Below the pieces are notes generated by a model. It saw nothing but the letters and a program-made list of their open reading frames with translations. It ran no database searches and had not been told where the DNA came from. The translations under genes were made by a program, and so were the position numbers. A stretch of DNA of 64,000 nucleotides, taken from contig QPMI01000628.1 of assembly GCA_004431415.1 (NCBI GenBank), positions 37,847 through 101,846 of the forward strand, given 5' to 3'. Numbering within the stretch: position 1 is the first letter of the stretch; each line of letters begins with the position of its first letter. This stretch comes from Cyanophora paradoxa CCMP329. Taxonomy: Eukaryota; Plantae; Glaucophyta. Below are positions 1-12,800 of the stretch, one piece after another.

Positions 1-9
1 CTATGACAC

Positions 10-328
10 CTGTTTCAGAAATGACAGCGCCCCACTCTGAACCCCCCCCCCCCCCCCCCTCCCGCCCCCGGCCCCCGCCCCCGCCCCCCGGCCCCCCTCC
101 CCCCCGGCCCCCGCCCCCCCCCCCCGGCCCCCCCCCCCCCTCGGCCCCCGCCCCTCCTCCCCTCCTTCCCGGCGCGTGTAGGGAGGCGTGTATATATCAT
201 TACATTAACGGCGAATTGCCGGCTCGGGAGGGGGATCAAGCCCGGGCTCGAGGAGGGGCGCGTAACAACCGGGTACGACGGCTTAGCGCCTCCGCGGATC
301 GGCCTTGGGTGACCCTTTGCCTGGATCA
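10..328 (+). repeat. Short dispersed repeat, homologous to 16187-16379 on the opposite strand
   Basis: Blocks CTGTTTCA(G)AAATGACAGCGCCCC, GGCTCGGG, TCAAGCCCGGGC-CGAGG and GCCTGGATCA occur in the same order in the reverse complement of 16187-16379. No TSD found. Confidence 0.55.
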
Positions 329-345
329 AATCAGATCGATCGAAT

Positions 346-3300
346 TTATATGTCGAGGGGTACGTAGGCGCCCGGGAAGACGACGGAGTAGATGCGCATG
401 ACGCGAAGGAGCGCCGGTGCCGAGACCATCGTCGAGACCGCCCAGACCGCGCTTCGGTTCGCGATCGTGAGGCGCGGATCAAATTCTCGTGGGCGGATCG
501 GGGGCGGCGCGGGTTGGACGCACACGACGCGCCACGCGGAGCCGTCCACGAGGGCCCACCCCAGCTCGAACCCGTCCTTCACCGCTCGCTGCTGCGACGA
601 AAAAGAATGAGCGCGAGGCGGAGCGGAGCGGAGCAGGGCGGTCGGGCGGGGCGGACGCGGCCGGTGCGGGCGAGGGCGGCGGAGCGGGCGGAGAGGAGGT
701 GCAGGCCGGCGAGCCCGAGGGCGATGCAGGCGGCCGAGGCGAGGGCGGCCGCGACGCACGCGGCAAAGTCGCCGTCGGGGAGGGCCGCGGGGTGGAAGGG
801 GAAGAGCGGGGCCACGCGGGAGTACCGCAGCACCGTCGCGATCGCCACGAACTGCGAACGAAGGGGGGGGCGCTCAGGGAAGGGGGGGGGGGGAAGAAGC
901 AGGCGGGGCCGGCCGGCGCGCCTGCAGGCTCGCCATCGTGCTCGCGAGGGCCTGCCGGCCAGTATTCGGATAGTGAGAAACGCAGCAGGGGTCTCAAGAA
1001 GAAGGGGGAGCAGAAGACGGGCTTGAGAAGAATCTAAGAAGGAGCAATAATCTAAGATCTAGATTCCAGTGATTAGAAACGTAGCAGGAGTCTCAAGAAG
1101 GAGCAGGAGCAGGGCGGGGATCATCGAGAAGCAGGCTTATTATCAAGAAGAGACGAAGGCGTCGGTACCCTGTAACTAAACGAGACTAGAATATTAAAAG
1201 TGGGGCTGGTTATCTAAAGTGTCCTAAAGCACCCTCTCAGAGTCTAACAAATCGAATACTAAAAGCGGGGCCCCGGCCCGAGCGCGCCTGGAGGAAAAAA
1301 AAGGCGCGGCCGCCCTCCCGCGCGAGGGAGAGGCCCCTCTCGACGTAGCGGTCGGCCGCCCCGTCGAGGGGCGGGGCGGCGGCCGAGGCCGAGGAAGGGA
1401 ACAGCTCGAAGGGCGCCGAGGGGGAGGGCGAGGGCGAGGGCGATGAGGAGCCGGGCGGGGGCGAGGGCGAGGGCGCGCCGGGGGGCTCCAGGGCCCACCC
1501 GCCCACCCGCGAGCGCCGCGGCCGAAGCAGCCGCGACAGCAGCTGCGGGCCAGCCGATGTCAATGCGAGCGGGGGTACGGCTCGGGAAGCCATGCGCTCG
1601 CGATCTAACCCGCCCCGGCCGTCCGGCCAACGTACGGGGGGGGGGGGGGGGGGGGGGAGGGGGGAGGGGGGGGCGACGCGGGGCGAAAGCCAAACCCGTG
1701 GCCGAAGCCCTTAGCGGACGGGAAGGCGGGATGGGAAGGGGCGAAAGCCGAAGCCGAGGGCCTCCGGGGCAAAGCGGGGCGGGGGCGGCGGGCGAGGGCG
1801 GGAACGAGGGCGTACCCGGGCGAGGCGGAGGTGGGCGGCGCGGGAGGCGCGGGCGACGACGAGTGGCGCGAAGGTCGCCGCCACGTCGCTGGGGGAGAGG
1901 GGGAGAGAGAGAGAGAGAGAGAGAGAGAATCAGCAGCGCAGGAGGCGGCGCTCAAGTATTTTAACCTCTTGCATCTAAAGCTTTTGAGCCTCGAGATCGG
2001 GCTTGGGCGAAGCACCCCCTGGCCTGGCCGGCTCACCTCACGACGCTGAAAGCGAGCACCCACGCGGAGGAGGCCCGAAACGAGCTCATCCTGTGGGCCC
2101 GTCGACGTGAGGGCGCGCGCGGGGGGGGGGGGGGGGGGGGGGGGGGGAGCAGAAGGCGTGCGTGGTTCGGGGCGAGTCGAAAGGCGAGGCGGGGGAGGCA
2201 GGGGAGGGAGCGGACTTGAGCTCAGGTCGGGGGCGGGGGGGGGGCGGGGTAGGGCGGGCGGGGCGGGTGGGGGGGGGGTACGGAGAAGCGGACGCACTCA
2301 TTAGCTCACTATTAGGCGAGCGAACGGTCCGGGCGGGGGAGGGGGGGAGGAGGAGATGGAGGTAGCTTGTACGCTACGCTAAGCTATGCCTGTACGCTAC
2401 GCTATGCATTTACGCTTGGGAGCCGGGCGGGCGGGGGGGGGGGGGGGGGCGCGGGCGCACAGGCGGAAGAGGCGGATGGAGTGGAGGAGGTAGAGAAGAA
2501 CGAAGGCCTGGCCCCCGTTGTCCGGCAGCAGCGCGCAAAGCGGGCCCCGGAACACCTGGAAAGGGTGGGTGGGGGGTGGGGGGCGGGGTTGGAGGGGGAG
2601 AAAGGTGGAGGGGGGTATCGAGCACCCGCAGGAACCCGAAGCACATGCCGGCGGAGACGAACGAGAAGCAGACGGAGACGGCGACCTGTACCCCAGAGAA
2701 AGGACGAACGTTATTTGGAATTTCAAGTTCGAAAAGCGTTCAGAATTAGGCTCATGACCAGTTGTAAGGTTTGTTTTTAAAGGCTCATCAGCAGAAAAAG
2801 GGAGGGGGCGGGAAGGCGGGGGGTACTGCACCTGTGCCGCCCCGCTGTTCGCGAAGAGGGAAAACAGGAACAGGTACCTGCGCGGACGCGTCGGAGGGGG
2901 GGGGGGGGGAGGGAGGAGGGAGGCGGAGGGAGGGGGTACGGCGCACCCCCAGAGGGGGTACACGACGAGGAGGAGGCCGGAGAAGAAGATCATGAGGCGG
3001 GAGAGGAGGCGGCGGGCGCCCCCGGCGACGCCAGCAGCGACGCGAGCTCCTCGGGGTACGTGGGCGAGGCGGCCGACGGCCGGCGGGGGCCCCGGCGCCG
3101 GCGCCGACCGGGCCCGCCGGCGCGAGCCCGGCCCGCCCTGCGAGGGGCTCCGCGTGCGAGTCCAGCAGCGCCTCTCGGGAGGAGATGGTGGAGGGCCGGC
3201 AGGGGCCCGAGGGGGCCCGCGGCGGCGCCCGCGGCGCCCGCTCCGGGGTGGTACCGGGGGTCTCCGGGGTCGACGCTCCCCCCAAGTCAAGAACCGCCAC

Positions 3301-4278
3301 TGCAGCCGCCGCCGGCGGCTGCAGCAGCTGCTCCGCCGGCGGCTGCAGCAGCTGCTGCTGCGGCCGCCGCTCCGCGCCGCAGGCTGCTGCTTCGCCGGGA
3401 TCTTCCGGTGCACCGGGGCCAGAGCCCGGAGCCGCCGCCAGCCCCAGGGGGGGCGCCCCGCGGGCGTTGAGCGGGAGGGGAGGTCGAGCGCCGGCCACCA
3501 CCATCCCCTCCTCGGAGCCGTCGAGCGCGGCGACGTGGACGGAGGCGGATGCGCGGCCGCGGGCGGCGGCGGTCCAGGCGAGGAGGGGCGGCACGCAGGC
3601 CGGGAGGAGCAGGACGGAAATGGCGGCAGCCGGGGCGAAAGGCACCTCCAGCGCCCCGGGCGCCGCGTAGGCGAACGCGGCGCTCCCGCCGACGAAGAAG
3701 AAAGCGAGCGAGGCGAGGGGCGGCCCGAAGACGGGGGGCCAGCCGCGGGGCCGGGCGAGGTCCCACGGGAACACGAAGGAGGCGTACGCCAGGAGCCCGA
3801 TCATGAGCGTGAGCCCCGCGCACGCCGCGCTGTACACTGCCGCGAGCGTAAGCGAGCGAGCGCGGTTCGCGCGGGCGGAGGCGGACGGGCGCGCGCACCG
3901 AACGCGGCCGCCCTGCCCTCGCTCCCCTGCAGGGGCCCCGGGTACGCGCCGCCCAAGCCCATCGGAAAGAGCGGCAGGACCAGCATCGCCGCGAGGCGCC
4001 GCATCCGCGGGCCGCGCAACGACTGCTGCTGCGGCTGCTGCTGCTGCTGCTGCTGCGGCTCCGGCGTGGCCCGATCATGATCATCCCGCCCGGACGCCGG
4101 GGACGCGTAGCGGGTGGAAGTAGCAGAGAACGAGAACTCGTGGTGGTCGGGGGTCGGCCGCTGGGCGACGCGGGCGGCCTCCAGGTCCCGGGCGGACGCG
4201 TCCCCATCCGAGGACGACCCGGGACCGCGGCTGGCGCTCCGCCCCTCCTCCCTCCTCTTCATCTTGCGCTTCTTCTGC
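346..4278 (-). CDS. Multi-exon uncharacterised multi-pass membrane protein (boundaries approximate)
   Basis: Hydrophobic segments in ORFs 2788-3837 (LTLMIGLLAYASFVFPW, LASLAFFFVGGSAAFAY), 2397-3413 (LMIFFSGLLLVVYPLW), 579-848 and 346-759, separated by GC-rich GT..AG introns; N-terminal poly-Q. Family not recognised. Confidence 0.45.
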
Positions 4279-5639
4279 ATTCTATTGCGCTCCAGGTTCT
4301 GACCGATGTCCTCCCCCGCCAGCCTGGCAGGGCGCGGACGCGCCGCAGCCGCTGCAGGAGGGGCTCCTAGACAAGCTGCGCTGTTGCCTGCGGTAGCGAC
4401 TCGGCCGAGTGTTGATGCGCGAAGCGCGCGGAGCCGCTGCCGCGGCCAGCCGCACGCGGGGCCCGCGGGCCGCCGGAGAGGGCGATGTGCGGGCTGCGGT
4501 GCAATGGGCTGGGATGGGAGATCTTGCGTGCACGCAGGCATCAGCAATCAGCGCGATGGAGCGCCCAAGAGCGACTACAAAGGATGCGCACCACAACCGC
4601 TGCACAGCCGCCGCCGCCCCGCACCACCACCAGCCGGTCAAGCCTACTGGGCTACCGCCCCGACCGATCGCGACGGAAGCGCTCACCGCGGCTCACCTGC
4701 AGGCTGGGCGCCTGCACCAGGATCGCGATGACCCAGGGTTCGATTCCCCGACGGTCCCTTGCGAAGAGCTCGGAGGAGGCTGCTCTAGGTTCCAGGGACC
4801 CGAGTCACCTGACGTCTCCGACGAGCTCGCGATCGCGAGTCGGCGCCGCGCCGGCCGCAGCGTGGCATCGACATGTACATCGCCAGCGGCCGCGGCTCCG
4901 CGGCGGGCGCTCCGAAAATTAAACAGGCCCGGCGCCCTGCAGCTGAGGCCCGAGGCGCCCCGCGGCGCCAGGCGCCGCGCGCGCGCGCGGCCCTTGCCAA
5001 GCCTTGAAGTTGGCTAAGCTTAATTAAGGCCGCGGGCGAGCTTGCCGATTCCTGCACGGTGCCACGGTGCCGCATATGCATGCGCAGTGTACTAGTACTA
5101 CCAGTACCGTCACGCGGCGTCGTACCGTAGCCCAGTTTTGAGTCGCGTGGCGCTGGCGCCGGCCCGGGCGCCCGGCGCGGCTAGCGCTGCCCGGTGCCGC
5201 TTGCCAAGTTGTCCTCTCTCCCCGCGCCGGCACCGGGTTGATCCGCAGATCTAGAGCCCCCCCCCCCCCCCCCCCCCCGCCCCATCCTCTCCGCAGGCTT
5301 AGTGCCTCCGCGCCGGATGCTCCGGATGCCTCCGAGGCCTCAAGCTCGTCGCTTTTTTTTTTTTTTGAAAGTCTGCTCCATTCGTACACACATGACAGCA
5401 GCCCCCCGCTCCGCGCCTACCGGATACTGGGAAAGCCAAGCTACACTGAGGAAAAGGGCGAGCTCGGTTCTATAGCTTGTTGTCGTAGTCGAGCTGATGC
5501 TGAAGCTGTAGCCGTCAGGTCGCCCCCAACACATAATATGCGCCGGTCCTCAAGTAGGAGGCGTAGGCATGCTGAGCTACACGGTCCTAGATGCCCTCTT
5601 GCTGGTTCTAAAACATGGCCGCGGGTCGCTCGTGAAGGG

Positions 5640-6481
5640 GGGAGTTGAGAGAGGAGGTGGGGAGGGAGAGATGGGGAGGTAGGTTCAGGTTGTTGCGCTG
5701 GGTCTTGGATCGCGCCGCCCAAGTCCACGGGTGCGGCGGGGTGTGGGAGCAGGGCGTCGCTGGTCGAACGTGGGGAGCAGGCCTCAAGCTCGTCGCCCGT
5801 GATCGGGCTCTTCGCCTTCTGCTTCACGACGGCAAAGAGCGGCTCGGCGCCCTCCTCTCCGCCGCCCTCCTTGGCCTTGCACTCGCTCGAGCTCCTAGAT
5901 CCTTGGGGATCCGGAGGGTGCGGACGAGGGCGCAGGGGAAGACGCCCGAGACGCGTACGCGGGTACGCGGAGCTCGGCCTCCTGCCGCGACGAGGCCGGC
6001 GCGTCCTGCAGGACGAAGCCGCTGCGCGCGCGTGTGCGGGAGCATGAGCTGAAGCTTACGCTCGGAGTCCGGAGAGAGAAAGGGAGAAGAGTAGAGCGCA
6101 CTACTTGCGGATCTCGAGCTCGAGGTCCGACTCCCGCTGGAGCTCGCGATCGGCCCGGAGGCAGGCGAGGCTCCAGCAGAGCGGGACGTGGACGGAGCCG
6201 CAGGGGGCCGGCTGCCCGTCCAGCTTGTAGTTCAGCCGCACCCTGGCCTCTGCGCGCGCGCCCCCTCGCATCAGCGCCGTTCGCGCGGGCGGGCGCTCGC
6301 GGCTGCAGCTGCGACCGCGGGCCGTGGCGCATGCACCGGAGAGCTTCGCCCGCTTTGCGTCGGGCTCGGCGCCCGCGCCCGCGCCCGCGCCGTCTTCCTC
6401 GCCGCTCTCGGCCGCGGGCGCTGTTGGGGCGCTTGAGGCTCGCGGCCGCCTCCGCCGCGGCCTGCAGCTGCGCCTAGGCAT
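5640..6481 (-). CDS. Hypothetical multi-exon protein
   Basis: Protein-like stretches (EPDAKRAKL, VRLNYKLDGQPAPCGSVHVPLCWSL) with plausible introns; no recognisable family. Confidence 0.25.
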
Positions 6482-6505
6482 GCTCGAGCTCCTGGGCGAC
6501 GACGA

Positions 6506-9499
6506 CACTAGTAAAAAGGGCTCCGAACTGATCGAATTGCGACCTAATTGCGACCTAATATAATCGATCGCAGTTCAGTCGGCCCGGCGATCTAATACGG
6601 ATCTAATTGCAATTAGGTCGGAGTTAGGTCGGAGCTTGCGCCGCCTATAGCTTATATCTTAGCCCTAGGCGTCCCTTATAACTAATTACAGCTATAGCTC
6701 GCTATAGCGCTATAGCGCTAGCCTTAGGCGAGCGCTAGCCCGCCCGGCCGGCGCCCCGGCCCCCCCGCCCCGCCCCGAGCTATATATCTAAAGCTCATGC
6801 TCATCATATATATAGACATCTATATGATCCATATGAGAAGCACTGTTCTATATCTAAACATGCAGCGGCGAGTGGGCAGAGGGTTCTCCAGGAAATATTC
6901 CGGGCCCGCGCTCCTCGCAGGCCGCGGCGTTGGACGCCGCGCTCGGCGTGGGGATGGGCCGTGCCAATGCGCGCACGGGGAGCCGCGCGGAGCTGCCCGC
7001 GGCCGCCGCCGGGCCGAGACACCCGTCCTAGGAGATAATGTCAGAATAAGGTCAGACGATGGGTGTTTGGATGGGGGCGATCTGAAGGCGCGCAGCAGCG
7101 CGTATTGAAGAGTTATTTAAGATCATGTATAAAGCTTAAGAGCGGCGCCGTGGCCTGGCGAGCGCGCACCAAAAAAGCGCGGCACTCCGCTGCAGCTTCG
7201 CGTGGAGAGCTCGCCTGCAAAATCTGAAAAGTGATAAATTGATATAAGATGCAGACTAGTGCGAGGGGAAAGAAAACAGCCGCCAGCCGCCAGGGGGGGG
7301 GGGGGGGGGTGCGAGGGGGAGGAGCGGCGGAGGACCCGCTCCGGATCCCGGCAACGCCCCCAGGAAGTGTTCTCTTAAAAGTGAGCTGCCGGCCCGGCGG
7401 ACCCGAGAGTAGGATCATTTAACTCGTATTGAAGTGTTTTATAAGCCTACGCGGTCGGCCGAAAGTCGGGTCTCCCTCCCCTAAGGACCCCGCGGACCTG
7501 GGCGAGCTCGGCGACGTCGAGGTCGCGTAGCCGAGGAAGCCGCCGGCGAGCGGGGGAGGAGCGGCGGAGGACCCGCTCCCGTGCGGCCGTTTCACGAGCA
7601 TCTGAGGCGAGGATCACGGCAATGCGCAGCGATTGGGGCGGGGGCGCACGGGTGCGGCCGCGCGGCCATATGCATGATCATGAAACGTTAACTGCGGCGG
7701 GGGTCGGCGCTCGGGCGCGGCGCGGCAACGGGCGGGCTCGCCTGCAACGGGATCGACCGGAGAGCGGTTGTAGAGCGTTCAGCGTGCGCGCTGCAGCCAG
7801 GCGCTCTCGAGGCTGCAAGGAATCCGCACGACACCGGCAGGCCTGCACGGAATCGCATCGGATCAGGCTGAGAGCATGCAACTGGCATTCTTACATCGAC
7901 GAAAGATCCCTGTGATGTAAAGCGGGGAGCTGCGCCGAGCCTGGGCCCGGATGAGCAAGTTCTCCCGAGGTCGGCGCAGCTGGAGAACGCAACGGGAGCT
8001 CTCGGGGACCGATCCAGCGCACCAAGCATCCCACGTAGCTCTCGGTGCGCTTCTGGGCGCGAGCGGCCTGCCGCGATGCCGCACTTATCTGGGCGACGTC
8101 GCCTACGGCGGCTGCGGCGACGGCGGCGCTCTCCACTTGTCATAGCTAGTGTCTTCAGTGCATAGCTGCGCTCGCCGCTTGTCTTGCATACCTCTAGCTA
8201 AGAGCAAGGTCGGAGGTCTTCGAACTTGGGTACCGATTTTGAACGGGGTACACAAGTCGCAAATATCGGAGTCCTCGCTGCCCGCTGCTGCGCCTTGCGG
8301 CGCCCGCGGGCGAGCGGAGCATGCAGCAGCGGCCTCTCTAGTGCTGTGTGCATCTCGTACGTGCGCAGGTCGGCAGCGAGAGCGGGCCGCGGGCGGACTT
8401 CGTCGAATCAGGTCCGTGGCCCGCCTCCCGCGAGCTGCCGACTTCTCGGCACACTCGTTGCTGATCAGGAAGCTCTAGGAAGCGGGCAGCTTCCACCCGG
8501 AGCCCCGAACGGCATTGTCCGCAGCCCGCCAGGTCCAATCCGCGGAACGCGGCTAAACTCGTGCTCTCGGACGCGCTGCGGTCGCTCTGTGGGCTATTCG
8601 TGCTAATCTCCTCACGCAGGAGTGCTTGACGGGCCAGTGCTCTCGCTACCATGGTCTCTGACTCGCGGCCCCAGATCTTTGCCTGCCTCGAGGCGTGCAG
8701 CCCCGTGCGACTTCGCCTCGCGATTCTCGATGAAGGTACGCTCTCCTCCCGGCCGGCCGCTCGCCGGCGCCGGATCCCCGCCGGGGCCCGCTCGCCCTCT
8801 CTGACTCGCGGCCCCAGATCTTTGCCTGCCTCGAGGCGTGCAGCTCCGCGCGACTTGGCCTCGCGATTCTCGATGAAGGTACGCTCTCCTCCCGGCCGGC
8901 CGCTCGCCGGCGCCGGATCCCCGCCGGGGCCCGCTCGCCCTCTCTGACTCGCGGCCCCAGATCTTCGCCTGCCTCGAGGCGTGCAGCCCCGCGCCACTTC
9001 GCCTCGCGATCCTCGATGAAGGTACGCTCTCCTCCCGGCCGGCCGCTCGCCGGCGCCGGATCCCCGCCGAGGCCCGCGACGCCCTTGCTGACTCGCGGCC
9101 CCATGATCTCGTTCGATATGAATGCGCATTGGCCGCAGCCGCCATATCTTTCTCCGTTAAGCTTTATATCTCCACCCCTTAGCTAGCTAGCTAGCTAGCC
9201 ACCTAGATGGCTGTATAATGCGAGTAATCTGATTGCTACATGTATAACGGCAGCGCAAGGGTGGAACGGCGGGGGGCGGGGGCGGGCCGGGGCGGCGGGG
9301 GAGCGCGGGGCAGCCCCCGGCCGCGGGCAGCGGCGATCAAATTGCGATCTAACTGAGACCTATCTGAATTAGATCGCAGTTCGATCGCAATTCAGTCCAT
9401 GTCCCCATTTTATGGTCGGAATTAGATCGGTGGCCGATCAAATATATTAGGTCTCAGTTCAGTCGTAATTAGATCAGTTCGGACCCCTTTTTACTAGTG
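6506..9499. mobile_element. Non-autonomous CACTA (EnSpm) DNA transposon, ~3.0 kb
   Basis: Left end CACTAGTAAAAAGGGCTCCGAACTGATC and right end GATCAGTTCGGACCCCTTTTTACTAGTG form TIRs with one mismatch. 3-bp TSD CGA at 6503-6505 and 9500-9502. Subterminal AATTGCGA/GATCGCA repeats at both ends; no transposase ORF. Confidence 0.92.
8655..9103. repeat. 143-bp tandem repeat, 3 copies plus a partial, inside the CACTA element
   Basis: Unit TCTCTGACTCGCGGCCCCAGATC... starts at 8655, 8798 and 8941. Confidence 0.95.
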
Positions 9500-9850
9500 C
9501 GACAGCCGCGGGGACGTCGACGGGGCTCGGCGCGTTCGGCACCTACAACCGAGCCGTCAGCGCTCATGCTGCACAGGCGCGCAGCGCGCGTGTGCGCACG
9601 GGCCGCCATGGGGACGTGTGGGGGCGCCATCGGGCGGGGCGGAGGCGGGGCGGGTCGGCGACTGCGGATCGCTGTAGAGGCTCATCGTTTTCATCGTCGG
9701 GGGCGCTGCACAGGCTTCAGATGCGCCGAGGCAGAGCGAGTCTGAGACGACGGGTACGGTGCGCTGCGCTCGCGGGGTACACTTGCGAAGTCGCCAAGCA
9801 CAGACTTTGCTCAGTTCGGCTCCGCGCAGTTCGGCGCTTGCATAATCGCC

Positions 9851-12800
9851 ATGGATTCGTCGCAGGTACTCGCCGTGGCCGTCGCTCTCACCGCCTGCGG
9901 CGCGGCGGCCGTCGTCGCGGCGTGGCAGGTTCGCGCCCACCCGCGTGCCGGCTTCCGGTGCAGGGTGCATCTAAGCGGACGCCGGCGCCGCGCCACGACG
10001 CGCCGGCGCTCTAGAGCTCCGACGATGCCACAAGACACTGACCGAGCGCGCCGCTGGCGCTTCGCAGAGGCACCTCGCCAAGTCAGTGATCCGAGACGTG
10101 GAAGGAAAGGAGATGCCCGGGCCCAAGACTGTGCCGCTCCTTGGCAATTTGCCGGAGTGCGCTCCACCTAGCCTGCATTCGAATTCGCGGCGCCGCCGGC
10201 AGTGCCGAGTGGCGTACGTACGCACGCGCAGGATGGTGTTGGGCGGCGGCCACGTCGCTCAGATCGCCCACGCCTGGCGCGAAGAGTACGGCCCCATCGT
10301 TCAGGTCAGCGCGGGCGATCCCTCCGCGTCTCCTCTCCGCTCACCTTTCCCCAGTGTTACTTCGCCGGGACGCCCATCGTCTGGATCATGGACGCGAAGC
10401 TCGCCCACCGCATGCTCCTCCTGCCTGACCGCATCGCGCGCCCCGGATCAAATTGCATTGTGCAGATTTTAGCCCGCCTTCTGACCGCGGGCTTTCCGCC
10501 TCGCGTTCGCGCGCGCGCAGCCGTCCCCGATCGTGCAGTTCTGCTCCTGGGGCGGCCGGGGTACGCCCCTTCGTCCGGCGGCGAGCGCGAGATTCAGAGC
10601 CCCTCACCCCTCACTCGGCTCGGCAGGCCTGCTGGGTTCGAACGGGCCCTTCCACCGCGCGCACCGACGAACGGTCGTCCAGGCGATGAACGATCGCATG
10701 TTCCGCAAGGTGGTGCGAGCCGCCCGCGCTCGCCCCGTACCCCAGCCCCCTCGGCTGTCTTTCAGCTCCAGCTATCCGCCCTCTAGTCCCGGCCCAAGGA
10801 GACAGACATTCTCGTCTCAGTTCGCTCAGTTCGACATTCCCGTCTGACTCGGCGGCGGCTCAGTTCGCTGCGACGACGGAGCGCATGGCGCGGGATGTCT
10901 TCCCCGTCTTCGACGTGCGTACCCCCCCCCCGCATCGCCTGCAGCTGTACCCCTTTTAAGCGTTCCGAATAGCAGCAGCCGGTCCGCGTCCCGTTCCCTA
11001 GTCCTCTCCCCCTCCCCCCTGACGCCTTCCGTTCCTCCCCGCTAACGCGGGTCGCCGGTACCCCCCCCCCCGGGGGGCTCCTACATCACCCCAGAGGGCG
11101 TGCGAGGAGGGCGGGTGGCTGGACCCGCGGGCCCCGTTCACATCCCTCACGGGCGGCGTCCTCATGAAGGCGTGCTCGCGTACCTCTCCCGCGTATCCCG
11201 CCCCGCCCCCCCCCCCCCCCCCCCCCCCCGGCCCCCCGAGTTAAACCGATAAACAAAGGGCCCTGTGGGCATTGATCGCCCCGCAGACGTGCTTCTCCGT
11301 CGACGTCTCCGGTACCCCGCCCCCATCCTCCCCCCTCCCTTCCCCCCGGTTTAACGCGTACCCGGCAGCGTCGGCGGTGCTGCCGGGGGGCCTCACGTGG
11401 GAGCGCTTCGCGGAGGACTTCGCCATCTACACTAAGGTACCCCCAGAAATGGGGGGGAAGGGGAGGGGCTGGGGGCTCGACGGGATTCCCCCCCGCTCCC
11501 CCCCCTCTCTTACCCCCTGGACCTTCGTTGGGCTCACTTGGTCGTCGCGCAGCTCTACGCGGACTATTTCCGGGCACGCGACTCCCGGCTCCGCCCCGAG
11601 GCCCCGCTCGGGGCCGTACCCCTGACCGGGCCGGGCTACAGACGCCGGCCTTCTGGCGCTTCGTCAAGACACCTGCGGTCCGGATCCCGGCCCTGGCTCG
11701 CAGTTCCCGTGGTCTAATGCTTGTACCCCCCGCAGTTCCGTCGCCTCGAGGCTGCGATGGAATCCCTGCAGGTGCGCCCCCGCCGCAAGTGAGAGCCCGC
11801 TCGAGCGCCATGGGACTGCGGCTCCAAGCCGGAGCTAGGCCTACGCGGCTCGAGCCCAAGCTCTCTCCGACCGACCGAGCCGCGTGCTAAGCTCACGCGG
11901 CTGCGGTCGAAGCATCGCCTCGCCCGCTCCGATGCCCTCTCACAGTCTCGCTCCGACGCCCTCTAGTGCTCGCCAAGTGCTTCCAAGGTCCAAGGCTTCT
12001 AGTGCCCGCTAGTGCCTACGCTTGAGCTTCTTCGTCACTTAAGCTTCCGTTTCAAGCATCGCCTCGGCTCGCGCAGGCGTGCGAGCTGGCGATCCTGCGG
12101 GAGCGCGAGGCGGCGCGGGCGGCGGCCGCGGTGGAAGGGGGCCGCGAGGGCGAGGGCGACCTCATCGACTCCATCCTCGAGTCGCGGGTGGGTACAGGCC
12201 TCTTCAGCGCAGCGCCCCGTACCCCGCCTCGAGCTCCGGGCCCCGCCCTCCGGGTTGGACCCGCTAAGGGCCGGCCGGGGCCGGGGCCGGGCTGGGCTTG
12301 GCCTGGCTGCGCTGGGCTGGGGCGGGATCGACAAGGGGGCGCCTTGAGCTCTGTCCCGGGATCCCCGCCCCGCCCCGCCCCGCTTTGCCTCGCTCTTCTT
12401 GAGTCCCAGCTCCAACCCCTCCTCAACTTGTCTATAGCCCCTACCCCCGCCAACCGCCCGCCCCCGTGCCGGCCCTTGACTCGTATCGAACCAGCAACGA
12501 ATTTCGTACCCCGCCTCTCCTCCGGGTTCCGCCCTCCCCGGCCGGTCTTTAGCCCCGTTCCCCGCCCTGCGCCCGCTAGCAACGAAGTCCCATCGTGTAC
12601 CCCCCGGACCCCGCCCGCCCCCTACCCCCCGCGCCCACGCCCGCCCGCCCCGCCCCGCCCCGCAGGACAAGACCGGCGCGTCCATGGAGGACGTCCGCGT
12701 CGACATCCACGGTACCCCCCCTCATCCCCCCCCAGGAAACACTTTTTTCCACCGTCGGGGGGGGGGGTAGACCTGCTTCTTGCGGGGCACGACACGACGC

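Noticed and set aside
8338-9145. Repeat-containing proteins on the minus strand
   Set aside because: The 143-bp unit is not a multiple of 3; the ORFs are by-products of the tandem repeat.
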